A stretch of DNA of 64,000 nucleotides. Origin: an uncultured bacterium (GTDB lineage Bacteria > Babelota > Babeliae > Babelales > Babelaceae). The notes beneath the pieces are model-generated. The model saw nothing but the letters and a program-made list of their open reading frames with translations, was not told the DNA's origin and made no database searches. Within the stretch, counting starts at the first letter, position 1, and each line of letters starts with the position of its first letter. Location of the stretch: the NCBI GenBank assembly GCA_963824495.1, contig CAWGPQ010000011.1, positions 96,001 through 160,000 on the forward strand. Direction: 5' to 3'. Both the position numbers and the translations under genes were made by a program. This document shows, piece by piece, positions 30,105 to 39,240 of this stretch.

Positions 30105-31625
30105 ATGATTATGATAACCACTACCGTGACGAACAAGCCATTTCAGGATCAGCGTGCTGAGGGCTATGTAGCGTTTTGCGAGCAAGATTTTGATTTTGCT
30201 CATCATCCTGCCGCTGAGCTGCAACGTTTTTTTGAACCTCTTAAGCAAGTTCATATACAACGACGTTTTACTGGCAAAGCAGGAACCTCGCTTGTTGTTG
30301 CCGGTATGCATGATGGTGGGCCGGTATATATTATGCTCTATGGCTTAGGGCCCGTTACTAATAAGCAAGAAGATCGTGTAGAGTGCTATCGACGTGCTAT
30401 AGGAAGCATGATACGAAGTGCTGAAGCGCTTAAAATATCAACACTTGCGCTTTCGTTTCCCGACCCAGCTTGGTTTGAAATCGATGCTACCACATTGGGC
30501 AAAGAAACGATTATAACTGCTGATATGACGTCATATCACTTTGATCAGTTTATTACTGATCCAGAGCGAAAAGTAAACCGTACCTATGAATTTATTATAT
30601 CGGCTCAAGATTCTATACTCGAGCAGATTCGATCGGGCGCTGAGCTTGGAAGTCGTATTGGCTTTTCAGTAAATCAAGCACGCTATTGGTGTGATCTGCC
30701 TGCTAATATCTTAACTCCAACGGTATTGGCTAATCATGCAGATCGTATTGCCAAAGCCCACAATCTGGGCGTTACAATCTTTAATGAAGCTGACATTATT
30801 GCTATGGGCATGGGTGGCCTTGAAGCAGTTTCTCGCGGCTCAGCAGAAGAGTGCTGCTTAGTAGTTATGGAATATAAAGTTGAGCACAACAAAGCACCTA
30901 CTATCGCTATTGTTGGCAAAGGCATTACCTTTGACTCGGGTGGCTTGAGCATTAAGCCAGCTGCTGGCATGGAAGCAATGAAAGATGATATGGCTGGTGC
31001 AGCTGCTGTTATTTCTACCATGGAAGCAATTGCGCATTTAAAGCCACGCGTTAATATTATTGCTCTTGCGCCCCTAGCTGAAAACATGCCAAGTGGTACG
31101 GCAACACGACCAGGTGATATTGTGCGTTTCTATAATGGCAAAACTGCAGAGATTAAAAATACTGATGCTGAAGGTCGTTTAATTCTTGCTGATGCACTTG
31201 CCTATGCTGTGGCCCATTATAAACTTGATGGCATTATCGATATTGCAACATTAACGGGCTCATGTGCTGCCGCTCTCGGTCCATTCTTTTGTGGTCTTAT
31301 GAGCAAAAATGATGAATTGAGCGATCGTGTGCTATTATCTGGCCAGCGCTCAGGTGATCGTGCATGGCGTCTGCCATTTACCGACGATTACAAAGCAGCT
31401 ATTAAATCTGACGTAGCTGATATATCTAATATTGGCCAAGAAAAATATCGTGCTGGTGCTATTACCGCAGGATTCTTCTTGCTTAACTTTGTCGGCACAG
31501 TACCGCTTGTTCATCTCGATATTGCCGGTACTTCGTTTAACGTACCTGACATTAGTTACTATAGACCCGGTGCCACAGGCTTTGGCGTCAGAATGTTTAT
31601 TGATTTATTTACTATGTGGAAGTAA
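30105..31625 (+). CDS. pepA: Leucyl aminopeptidase (M17)
   Basis: VGKGITFDSGG, MKDDMAG, NTDAEGRL, ATLTG, HLDIAG. Confidence 0.96.
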   Translation: MIMITTTVTNKPFQDQRAEGYVAFCEQDFDFAHHPAAELQRFFEPLKQVHIQRRFTGKAGTSLVVAGMHDGGPVYIMLYGLGPVTNKQEDRVECYRRAIGSMIRSAEALKISTLALSFPDPAWFEIDATTLGKETIITADMTSYHFDQFITDPERKVNRTYEFIISAQDSILEQIRSGAELGSRIGFSVNQARYWCDLPANILTPTVLANHADRIAKAHNLGVTIFNEADIIAMGMGGLEAVSRGSAEECCLVVMEYKVEHNKAPTIAIVGKGITFDSGGLSIKPAAGMEAMKDDMAGAAAVISTMEAIAHLKPRVNIIALAPLAENMPSGTATRPGDIVRFYNGKTAEIKNTDAEGRLILADALAYAVAHYKLDGIIDIATLTGSCAAALGPFFCGLMSKNDELSDRVLLSGQRSGDRAWRLPFTDDYKAAIKSDVADISNIGQEKYRAGAITAGFFLLNFVGTVPLVHLDIAGTSFNVPDISYYRPGATGFGVRMFIDLFTMWK

Positions 31626-31656
31626 CGTCTTTAACACCATTTTAAGATCTTATGAA

Positions 31657-31682
31657 CAAGGCTCTCGCACATGAGAGCCTTG
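31657..31682. terminator. Hairpin terminator between pepA and the convergent peptide genes
   Basis: CAAGGCTCTC...GAGAGCCTTG inverted repeat. Confidence 0.7.
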
Positions 31683-31778
31683 CCAATATTATTTACATAA
31701 AAAAGCATTTTTCAGGATCAATACAAGCCCTAGATTGGTTCTACATCCCTGTATAATTTCTGTACCATAATCTAATGC

Positions 31779-31940
31779 CTACAGTTCTTCTTTCTTTTCG
31801 GTTGAGGGATTTGCTGGCTTCGGCTTAACAGTCCTTGGCTCGCCCACACCAGTACCGGGTGGAAGTTGCCAAAGAGTAGTAGCCTCAATGACTAAATTGC
31901 TGAACAGTGACAATACTAATAGTATAAAAAGATAGGACAT
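31779..31940 (-). CDS. Small secreted peptide 4 (53 aa): MSYLFILLVLSLFSNLVIEATTLWQLPPGTGVGEPRTVKPKPANPSTEKKEEL
   Basis: Manual translation (absent from the ORF track); AAGGGAG RBS; paralog of 32247..32420. Confidence 0.85.
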   Translation of the reverse strand: MSYLFILLVLSLFSNLVIEATTLWQLPPGTGVGEPRTVKPKPANPSTEKKEEL

Positions 31941-31970
31941 AACCACTCCCTTATTGAATTGTGTTTTGGC

Positions 31971-32147
31971 CTACAACTCATCTTTTTTACCTGAAAAATC
32001 AGGCTTTTCGCTTGAAGAACTAGGGGTACTTGATTTATCTGGTTTCGCGTATGTTCCCGTTCCCATTGGAAGTTGCCAAAGCATAGCAGCTTCAGTAATT
32101 TGGTTGTTGAACAGCGATAATACTCAAAATATAAAGACGTAAGACAT
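31971..32147 (-). pseudogene. Small secreted peptide 3 (58 codons, in-frame TGA at codon 8): MSYVFIF*VLSLFNNQITEAAMLWQLPMGTGTYAKPDKSSTPSSSSEKPDFSGKKDEL
   Basis: Manual translation; AAAGGAAG RBS; TGA at 32124-32126 where paralogs have TTA (Leu). Confidence 0.75.
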
Positions 32148-32180
32148 ACCTACTTCCTTTAGACATTGTTAGACTTCAGT

Positions 32181-32224
32181 CAAAGTGAGCAGAAAGCGAT
32201 AATTTATTTTCTGCTCACTTTTTT
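32181..32224. terminator. Bidirectional-type hairpin between peptide genes 2 and 3
   Basis: AAAGTGAGCAGAAA...TTTCTGCTCACTTT inverted repeat. Confidence 0.7.
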
Positions 32225-32246
32225 ACACACCCAAGTTACAAATTAT

Positions 32247-32420
32247 TTAAAGTTCTTCTTTCTCTTTGGTTGAGGGATTTGCTGGCTTTGGCTTGACGGG
32301 GCTTGGACTTGGCACACCGCCCCCTACGCCGACTCCAGATGGAAGTTGCCAAACAGTGGTAGCTTCAATAACTAAATTGCTAAACATTGATACTGCTAAA
32401 AATATAAAAATATACAACAT
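32247..32420 (-). CDS. Small secreted peptide 2 (57 aa): MLYIFIFLAVSMFSNLVIEATTVWQLPSGVGVGGGVPSPSPVKPKPANPSTKEKEEL
   Basis: AAGGAGGT RBS before ATG 32420; signal peptide. Confidence 0.85.
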   Translation of the reverse strand: MLYIFIFLAVSMFSNLVIEATTVWQLPSGVGVGGGVPSPSPVKPKPANPSTKEKEEL

Positions 32421-32460
32421 AACTACCTCCTTCTTATTCAAATACTGAAAAAATCCAGCT

Positions 32461-32616
32461 TTATTTATCTTTCGTAGAAGGTAAACCTCCACCAACGCCT
32501 ATGCCGGATGGAAGTTGAAATGATATAGCCACTGTACTGCCATATAAGCAGAGAGACAGAATTAAGCTTATAAAAAATTTATTTGCCAAAACCTGAAGTA
32601 TTGGTTTATTATACAT
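32461..32616 (-). CDS. Small secreted peptide 1 (51 aa): MYNKPILQVLANKFFISLILSLCLYGSTVAISFQLPSGIGVGGGLPSTKDK
   Basis: AAAGGT RBS; hydrophobic signal region; shares QLPSGxGVGGG core with peptide 2. Confidence 0.8.
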   Translation of the reverse strand: MYNKPILQVLANKFFISLILSLCLYGSTVAISFQLPSGIGVGGGLPSTKDK

Positions 32617-32712
32617 CACTGTACCTTTAGTTAAGCTATACAATAGCTCGTTATTAAACAATTTGCATAGATAGTATAAGTAATACCATAAAAACATCAA
32701 GAAGAGTTTTCA

Positions 32713-35486
32713 ATGCGATCAACACAGCTTTTTCAAGAATTATTAACCAGCCCAGAATTACTGTTAATTGTAAAATTGCTCGGTGTGCTTATTAGAGCTT
32801 TTATTTTGTTAGCTCTATTGAGATTCCATGTCGATGCTCGATCATCCCGTAAATCATGGTTTTTGATTATGGTAATTGTAACTGCTGCCATAATGATCGA
32901 AGTAAACTGGATAGTTGACTTAATTCGCAGAATTCATCCTTTTAAAATCAGCTATTCGACTGGTTTATGTTCAATCAGAGTTGGATGGCTTTTTAGTGTC
33001 ATTCAGTACTTAGCATTATCACTTTTTATCGACAGCCTCATACGTAAAGAGCAGAAATTTAAGCTAAACTCTCGACAAACGATATCGGTATTCTTTGGTG
33101 GAATGATAAGTGCTTATTTTCTATATCTTGCTATCAGTTCTTACATTACTCCTACCCCTGAAATTCGACCAGCTTTAGAATTTTTAGTATGCCTAGTAGC
33201 ATACTTTTATATATTTACCGTAGCCTTTTTGGGCATTTATCAAGCTATTAAGGGCTTATACCATGCTTGTATACCAAAGATTTTATCTGCCCAATTAAAA
33301 ATATTTATGAAATATATGATATTTCCTCATTTATTACTTGAAATAATTTCATTTAATCCTTTTGAATTTTCTTCAACATACTTGAGGCAAAACTATTTTA
33401 TTCTTAGCGTTTCTGACATTCTCATTATATGTTCGCTTTATTTTTGTGCCAAGAAAATGATGGGGTTGCGTTTTCTCAACATTTACGGCACTGTTCAATC
33501 AAGACCTCGATTTAATTTTCTTACAGATTTTAAAAATACCATCGATGATATGGGCTCTTCAAATTCTTTTAGTGAACTTAAACGTATTACACAAGCGTTT
33601 TTTAGCAAGGCTTTTGGTGTACCGGTAGAATCATGCAAGTTTTACATTCGTTCATGGAAAGACGACTCTGTGATTAATCTTGATGATAAAGAAAGAGCAC
33701 AAGATCTGCATATACAACGAACGGTCGAAAAGCTTATTACGCGAGATGACGATGAAGCACAAGCCATTATGGCCCTTATGCGCAGAATCAAAGCTTTCGT
33801 TAAAGATGAAATAGAATTCACACATTTTTACGAAGAGAATGTTAATCAGGAAGCATTGCTCTCTTTGTTGGATGAGCTCAATGCTGATGTCTTTTTGCCT
33901 CTTTATGAAAAACATGAAGTAACTGGCTATATTATCATTGAAAAAAATGCCCGACCACGTAAGTTATTTAGTGGATTTGAGCGTGATGAAATGTCTATTT
34001 TGTCAAACTATATAAGTAATGTTATAAGACTTCTCAAGCACAGTAATTGGGACACGCTTGTGCGTGAAGGAAAAGAGCTCAAAGAAGAAGTATATAATAA
34101 GCATCAAGAGGTCAATCAGTATAAAGAAAGTATGCGCTCGTTCTTTAGAAATTCAAAAGACCGCAAAATAGGCCTTCTGTTTTATCATAAACTGCGTAAG
34201 TTCTCATATGGCAATCAAGCAGGACAAGAGTTAGCTCCTCTTCGATCTTAATGTTCAAGTGGGTCACCCTCTTACTCAAACTCTCAAGAAACTTGTACAT
34301 AATGTGCAACAATACAAAACTGCTCAAGAAGTTCTTACGCGAGATACTCAAGGCAGATCGTCTGGTAGCATCAGGGATACCAAGTCTGGAAGATAATTCT
34401 GTTATCGTAACACTCTATTACCCCGAAATTTTTGATATTATTAAGACACAACTTGATTTGCTTAAAGATCCTTCAAAATGGGATTATTTATTATATCTTG
34501 AGACTACCTCTTCGGGCCAACTTATTAATCAATTAGTACCGGGTAATGGCGAAACATTGCTTAATTTTAAGATTGATCTGTTAAAGATTGCCTTAGGCAG
34601 AAAGGCTATTCTTCTGTGTATGCCTGAAGAAGATCTTATGCCAACCGCAGAAATTATTCATAGCGTAAGCTTACGTACCAATTTGCAGGTACTCAGGCTT
34701 AAAGTTCCTGAAAAGGGCTGTGAGGTTGCTATGAAGCTTTTTGGTATAAATCCCCTTTTTGGCAAGTCTGATGCAGAATCGTTATTAGCACAGCTGAGTA
34801 CCATTGGCACCCTCTTTATTGATAATATTGAGTTCTTAAGCTTGGATACTCAAGAATATCTTGCTGAATTTATCTCCTATGGTTTTTTTCATATTTTTAA
34901 AAGTAATCAAAAAATCACAAGCAATGCGCGTATTGTCTGCTCGAGTACTAAAGATCTAGAGCTTCTTGCTCAAGAAGGTACTTTTTCTACGCGACTCTTA
35001 CATGAACTAAAAAAGACAACGCTCAAAATGCCATCACTTCTGACACTTTTACCTGATGAACTTAATGAGCTTGCTGATGGCTTTACTGAGCAAGCAATTA
35101 AAAGCACTGAATTTAAGAATTTACTCGAACTTACTGATAAAGATCGAGCTCACCTTATTGATCATCGTGCAATAAGCTTGCAAGAATTTAAAGAGCACGT
35201 AAAACAACTGCTTATTAAGAAGTCTACCAAGCAAAACATCTATAACGAAATCGAGTTTGAGCCTGCTTATGCTGTTTCAGATCCAACACTTTTTCAAGCA
35301 GTACAGCTTGGCAAGCATGCCCTTAAAGACGTGCAGGTTATGACATTCTTATGGAATAAATTTAAGAGCCAAACGAGAATTGCTACACTCTTGGGCGTGA
35401 ATAAATCTTCAGTTAACCGACGCTGTAAAGAATATAAGTTAATTAGTGAAGATGATGAAGATGAACTCCCTCTTGATGCTGATTAG
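32713..35486 (+). CDS. 7-TM membrane sensor fused to a degenerate sigma54-interaction (NtrC-type AAA+) domain and Fis-type HTH; interrupted by frameshifts at ~34240 and ~34357
   Basis: Seven hydrophobic helices in the N-terminal ~250 aa; LFG...GTLFIDNIEFLSLDTQ..L...ARIVCSS.KDL....GTF...L; QTRIATLLGVNKSSVNRR HTH; a bridging third frame reads FDLNVQVGHPLTQTLKKL...DTQG. Confidence 0.8.
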
Positions 35487-35524
35487 AAAAAGCCTGAACT
35501 ACTATATCTATATTTTGATGCTTT

Positions 35525-36664
35525 TTAATGTTTGTCATGAGCAAAGAGCATGGTAGTACTGAGCTTTTCTGTCTGTACACAATTGATAATAACGCCAATA
35601 ATACATAGTTGAGCAACAAGTGCTGAATTGCCGTAACTCACAAAGGGTAGACCTATGCCTTTTGTTGGCAACAGACCTGTTGTTACACATAAGTTGATAA
35701 GTGTCTGTAAGCTTGTAAGTATAACAAAGCCCAAAGTGGTAAAGATACCAAAAGGATCTTTTAAGTGCCACGCAATACGCAAGCCTGTGTATAAAAAAAA
35801 GATATAGATACACATAAGTAAGCATGAGCCAACAAGCCCTGTTTCTTCAGCAATAATTGAAAAAATAAAATCTGTGTGCTGCATGGGTAGATAAAAAAAC
35901 TTTTGTTTTGATTGGGCAATGCCTATACCCCACACATTACCTGACCCAATAGCTATGAGCGATTGAATAATTTGAAACCCCGCCCCTTGAGGATCTTGCC
36001 AAGGATTCAAGAACGTTAAAATGCGTTGAAATCGATAAGGCTTAAGATAAATAAGAATCATACCTACAGGTACTAAAGGAGCAAATGTTGCTATGACGTG
36101 AATAGTTTTGAGCTGTGCTATAAAGAAAAGCATAAACGCCATAGCACAGAGTGCTACCGTTTGGCCAAAGTCAGGTTGTTGTAAAAGCACGAGTGAAGCA
36201 AGCCCAAGAATACACATAAAGGGCAAATAACCAAAAACAAATGAGCGCAGTCGATAATGCTTTTTTGATAAAAAATAGGCCATATACAAAATAACTGAGA
36301 TTTTAAGAAGCTCGCTTGGCTGAAAGCTCAAGCTGCCCATATGTATCCATCGACGCGATCCATGAATCGTTGACGAAAGCCATGAAACACTCGTGAGCAT
36401 GGTTAGCATAAGTGAACCAAAAAACAAGAAGGGCGTTAAGCGCTTAAGTATATCAAGAGGTATGAGTCGAAAAAAAACAAGCCCACATAATCCCAATAAA
36501 ATACCAACAAGCTGTTTTTTAACAAAATAATGGGGCGAGCCAAATTTATCTAAAGCAAATACTGAGCTTGATGAATAAATAAAAATAAGCCCTATAACAA
36601 TAAGCAGAGCTATACAACTGAGAAATACACTCAGCTCATGAGAGTTTTTTTTGACAAGTTCCAT
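35525..36664 (-). CDS. ftsW: SEDS peptidoglycan polymerase FtsW
   Basis: GSRRWI, FQPSELLK, QPDFG, HTDFIFSIIAEE, LPFVSYG; downstream of murD. Confidence 0.93.
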   Translation of the reverse strand: MELVKKNSHELSVFLSCIALLIVIGLIFIYSSSSVFALDKFGSPHYFVKKQLVGILLGLCGLVFFRLIPLDILKRLTPFLFFGSLMLTMLTSVSWLSSTIHGSRRWIHMGSLSFQPSELLKISVILYMAYFLSKKHYRLRSFVFGYLPFMCILGLASLVLLQQPDFGQTVALCAMAFMLFFIAQLKTIHVIATFAPLVPVGMILIYLKPYRFQRILTFLNPWQDPQGAGFQIIQSLIAIGSGNVWGIGIAQSKQKFFYLPMQHTDFIFSIIAEETGLVGSCLLMCIYIFFLYTGLRIAWHLKDPFGIFTTLGFVILTSLQTLINLCVTTGLLPTKGIGLPFVSYGNSALVAQLCIIGVIINCVQTEKLSTTMLFAHDKH

Positions 36665-36704
36665 ACGGCAATACTAATAAAAAGTAGATTACAGAGTCAA
36701 TGTA

Positions 36705-38090
36705 TTATTTCTTTGTGCAGGCTATTTCTTGAGCATGTGTTACAAGTTGCTTGAAATGCTCACCTCGTTCTTGATAGTTGGCAAAAAGATCAAAACTTGC
36801 TCCCGCAGGAGAAAATAAAAGCGCATCTCCTGCTTGCGATTGATCAAGCGCTGCACAAAAGGCTTCTTCAAGCGTAGCATGTGCTGATGCAGAAATGTTG
36901 GCACGTAGACAATAGCTCTGTAATAGCTGCGCTTCTGCCCCAAAGCATATGATGTGCTTAACCTTTCCGGTAAGGCGATTAACGAGATCGCTACGATCAA
37001 CCCCTTTGCCGTAGCCACCAAGAAAAAGAATGATAGGATTGCCGCTGAGTTTATTGACTGCAGCAAGCGTAGCTTCAGGCACGGTAGATTTTGAGTCGTT
37101 ATAGAATACTCTGCCGTTAAGAGTAGCAACATGATCGAGTCTGTGGGCTGGAAGAGCAAGCTGAGCCTGCTTGAGATTGGATACTTCTATACCCATTAGG
37201 TCGAGAGCACCCAGTATACTCAGCCAATTGGCAGGATACGACAAAGAAGGGAGCGCTGCATTGTCTATAATAGCGTGCTCGGTGTCTCTTGTTTTTTTAA
37301 TTATAACGTTATGAGCATGACTACGATAATATACTATGTCATGATTGCCGAGCTGAAGCTCAAGCTCTGAAGTAGGTTCAGCGTAAGAGAAGAAGGCAAG
37401 TGGTCGCGATTGAGTTGGTGCTTGAGCTCGAATTTGGGGTAAAAGCTCAAGGGGAAGTAGAGCTTTTTGGTATTGCTGCTGATGTGCGAGAATTTTATAT
37501 TTTGCTAAAAAATAGTCTTGTAAATTTTTGTGTCGATCGAGGTGATTAGGATATATATTGGTTATGAGTGCCAAATCAGGCGCAAAGTTTTTACAGGTTT
37601 CAAGCTGGAAACTTGAAACTTCGAGCAAAGCAACAGAGGCTTGATCGTAATCTTTTAGAAGATCGAGAGAGCCAACACCAATATTGCCACCGGTTGCTAC
37701 CATGTTACCATGATGCCTGAGTATTTGCCAGAGCAGGGACGTAACAGAAGTCTTGCCCAACGTCCCCGTAATAGCAATAATAGGTTTTTGCCAAGCATGA
37801 TAAAATAGGTCTAATTCTGCAAGCCATTTATGCTGAACATGCGTATACCTGGCTATATCTACGCCAGGGCTTGGAATAATGTAGTCGTTACATTCAAAAA
37901 AATCACTTATGGCATCTTCAGAGTAATAATGAATTGATTTTGACTGACAGAACTCTTGCTGTTCAGCTGTTGCTCTTGTACGGTCAAGAACAGATAGGGT
38001 GCAATGCTTGTCATACAAGTAAGTAAGAACAGACCTACCAACAATGCCGAGACCCCAGACACCTATTTTTTTGCCAACAATATCGATCAT
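36705..38090 (-). CDS. murD: UDP-MurNAc-L-Ala--D-Glu ligase
   Basis: ITGTLGKTS, GGNIG, LEVSSFQL, NHLDRH, YNDSKST, SPAGASFD..Y..RG..F. Confidence 0.95.
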   Translation of the reverse strand: MIDIVGKKIGVWGLGIVGRSVLTYLYDKHCTLSVLDRTRATAEQQEFCQSKSIHYYSEDAISDFFECNDYIIPSPGVDIARYTHVQHKWLAELDLFYHAWQKPIIAITGTLGKTSVTSLLWQILRHHGNMVATGGNIGVGSLDLLKDYDQASVALLEVSSFQLETCKNFAPDLALITNIYPNHLDRHKNLQDYFLAKYKILAHQQQYQKALLPLELLPQIRAQAPTQSRPLAFFSYAEPTSELELQLGNHDIVYYRSHAHNVIIKKTRDTEHAIIDNAALPSLSYPANWLSILGALDLMGIEVSNLKQAQLALPAHRLDHVATLNGRVFYNDSKSTVPEATLAAVNKLSGNPIILFLGGYGKGVDRSDLVNRLTGKVKHIICFGAEAQLLQSYCLRANISASAHATLEEAFCAALDQSQAGDALLFSPAGASFDLFANYQERGEHFKQLVTHAQEIACTKK

Positions 38091-38161
38091 GTATTGACGC
38101 TTTATGCTTAAGGGTTGTGCTTTGAAATAGTATAGAGCTATGTCAAACTAATGTGAACGCT

Positions 38162-38485
38162 TTAGTTTGGTATGTAATCTAGTGAACCAACTACTGGTGC
38201 GCCAACTTTAGGTGTCTGCTCTAAACGCTCCCCTGCTCTTTTGATTCTGTGTTGTGTAAGGTTACAATAAGGACCAACTGAGAGCATATAGGTCCATTTG
38301 CCATTCCAGCCGCCATAGGCATCGCAGAAGAATGGGCATTTTAGATTGGCGGTAGATTGATCGTAAAAGTCACCAGCTTCTATTTCACATCCAGGGCTAC
38401 AGCCACAACGCGCGGCCTTGCTAGGTGAAGCTACGCTGAGTATGGTAAGTATAAGCGCATAGCATGTGAATATTTTCTTACTCAT
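38162..38485 (-). CDS. Secreted protein with a mannan-binding (MVL-like) lectin domain
   Basis: Signal peptide; EAG....A..KCP..C...GGWNGKWT pattern resembles the MVL-family AGP.W....A..KCP..C...WNGQW consensus. Confidence 0.6.
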   Translation of the reverse strand: MSKKIFTCYALILTILSVASPSKAARCGCSPGCEIEAGDFYDQSTANLKCPFFCDAYGGWNGKWTYMLSVGPYCNLTQHRIKRAGERLEQTPKVGAPVVGSLDYIPN

Positions 38486-38682
38486 GATTCTTACTTATAA
38501 TTCTTACTTATGATCTAGGTTCTTTCAAGACTACTTTTATTATATTGTAACAAAATAAATTCTGCTATTCAATAATATTGAGAAGCATGAAAATGCCAGC
38601 TTTAAACTCAGTATTTTTTTTCATAATGTGGTATACTTAGTATATAAAGATAATGCTAGCCCTATCTATCGAGAGGGTAATC

Positions 38683-39228
38683 ATGAAAATGCAGAATGAC
38701 CTATTTGAATATTTGAGGCAGTTACATATAGTTACCACTACGATTACACACGATCCTGTCTTTACTGTAGAAGAAGGGCAGGCATTGCAGTATACTTTAG
38801 AAGGTGGCCATTGTAAGAACCTTTTTCTCAAAGATGACGCCAGTAACTTTTGGCTTATAGTAGCCTTGATAGGTACGGCTATTAATTTAAAAACTGTAGG
38901 CAAACGCATTGGTGCAAAAAATTTAAGATTTGCCAGTGCTGATATGCTCTATAGTCACTTAGGTGTGACCCCTGGCTCAGTAACGCCCTTCGGTCTGATT
39001 AATGATACTAAGCACAGTGTAAGAGTAGTGCTTGATGCCAGACTCTTTACCTATTCGGTAGTGTACGTTCATCCACTCGTTAATACCGCAAGTACAGCGC
39101 TGGATCCAGCTGATCTGGTAAAATTTGCTGTTTCGCTTTCGTATCAACCAATAATTGTCGATTTTGCCGGTGATGTTATCCTGCAAAATACCACAGGGCT
39201 CATAGCGCTTAATTACGAAAAACGTTAA
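38683..39228 (+). CDS. YbaK/ProX family trans-editing deacylase (ProXp-ala-like)
   Basis: H.PVFTVEE, KNLFLKD, LRFAS, LGVTPGSVTPFGLIND, HPLVNTAS; consistent with the editing-less ProRS in this window. Confidence 0.9.
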   Translation: MKMQNDLFEYLRQLHIVTTTITHDPVFTVEEGQALQYTLEGGHCKNLFLKDDASNFWLIVALIGTAINLKTVGKRIGAKNLRFASADMLYSHLGVTPGSVTPFGLINDTKHSVRVVLDARLFTYSVVYVHPLVNTASTALDPADLVKFAVSLSYQPIIVDFAGDVILQNTTGLIALNYEKR

Positions 39229-39240
39229 CACAAGGGTTTT

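Noticed and set aside
32124..32126. Alternative genetic code (TGA reassigned)
   Set aside because: TGA ends dnaN, recF, dnaB and ruvC at the expected positions, and long genes have no internal TGA
31779..32616. CRISPR array or RiPP cluster explanation for the repeated GGAAGTTGCCAAA sequences
   Set aside because: The repeats are coding (WQLP) within RBS-bearing ORFs with irregular spacing; no cas genes or modification enzymes are nearby
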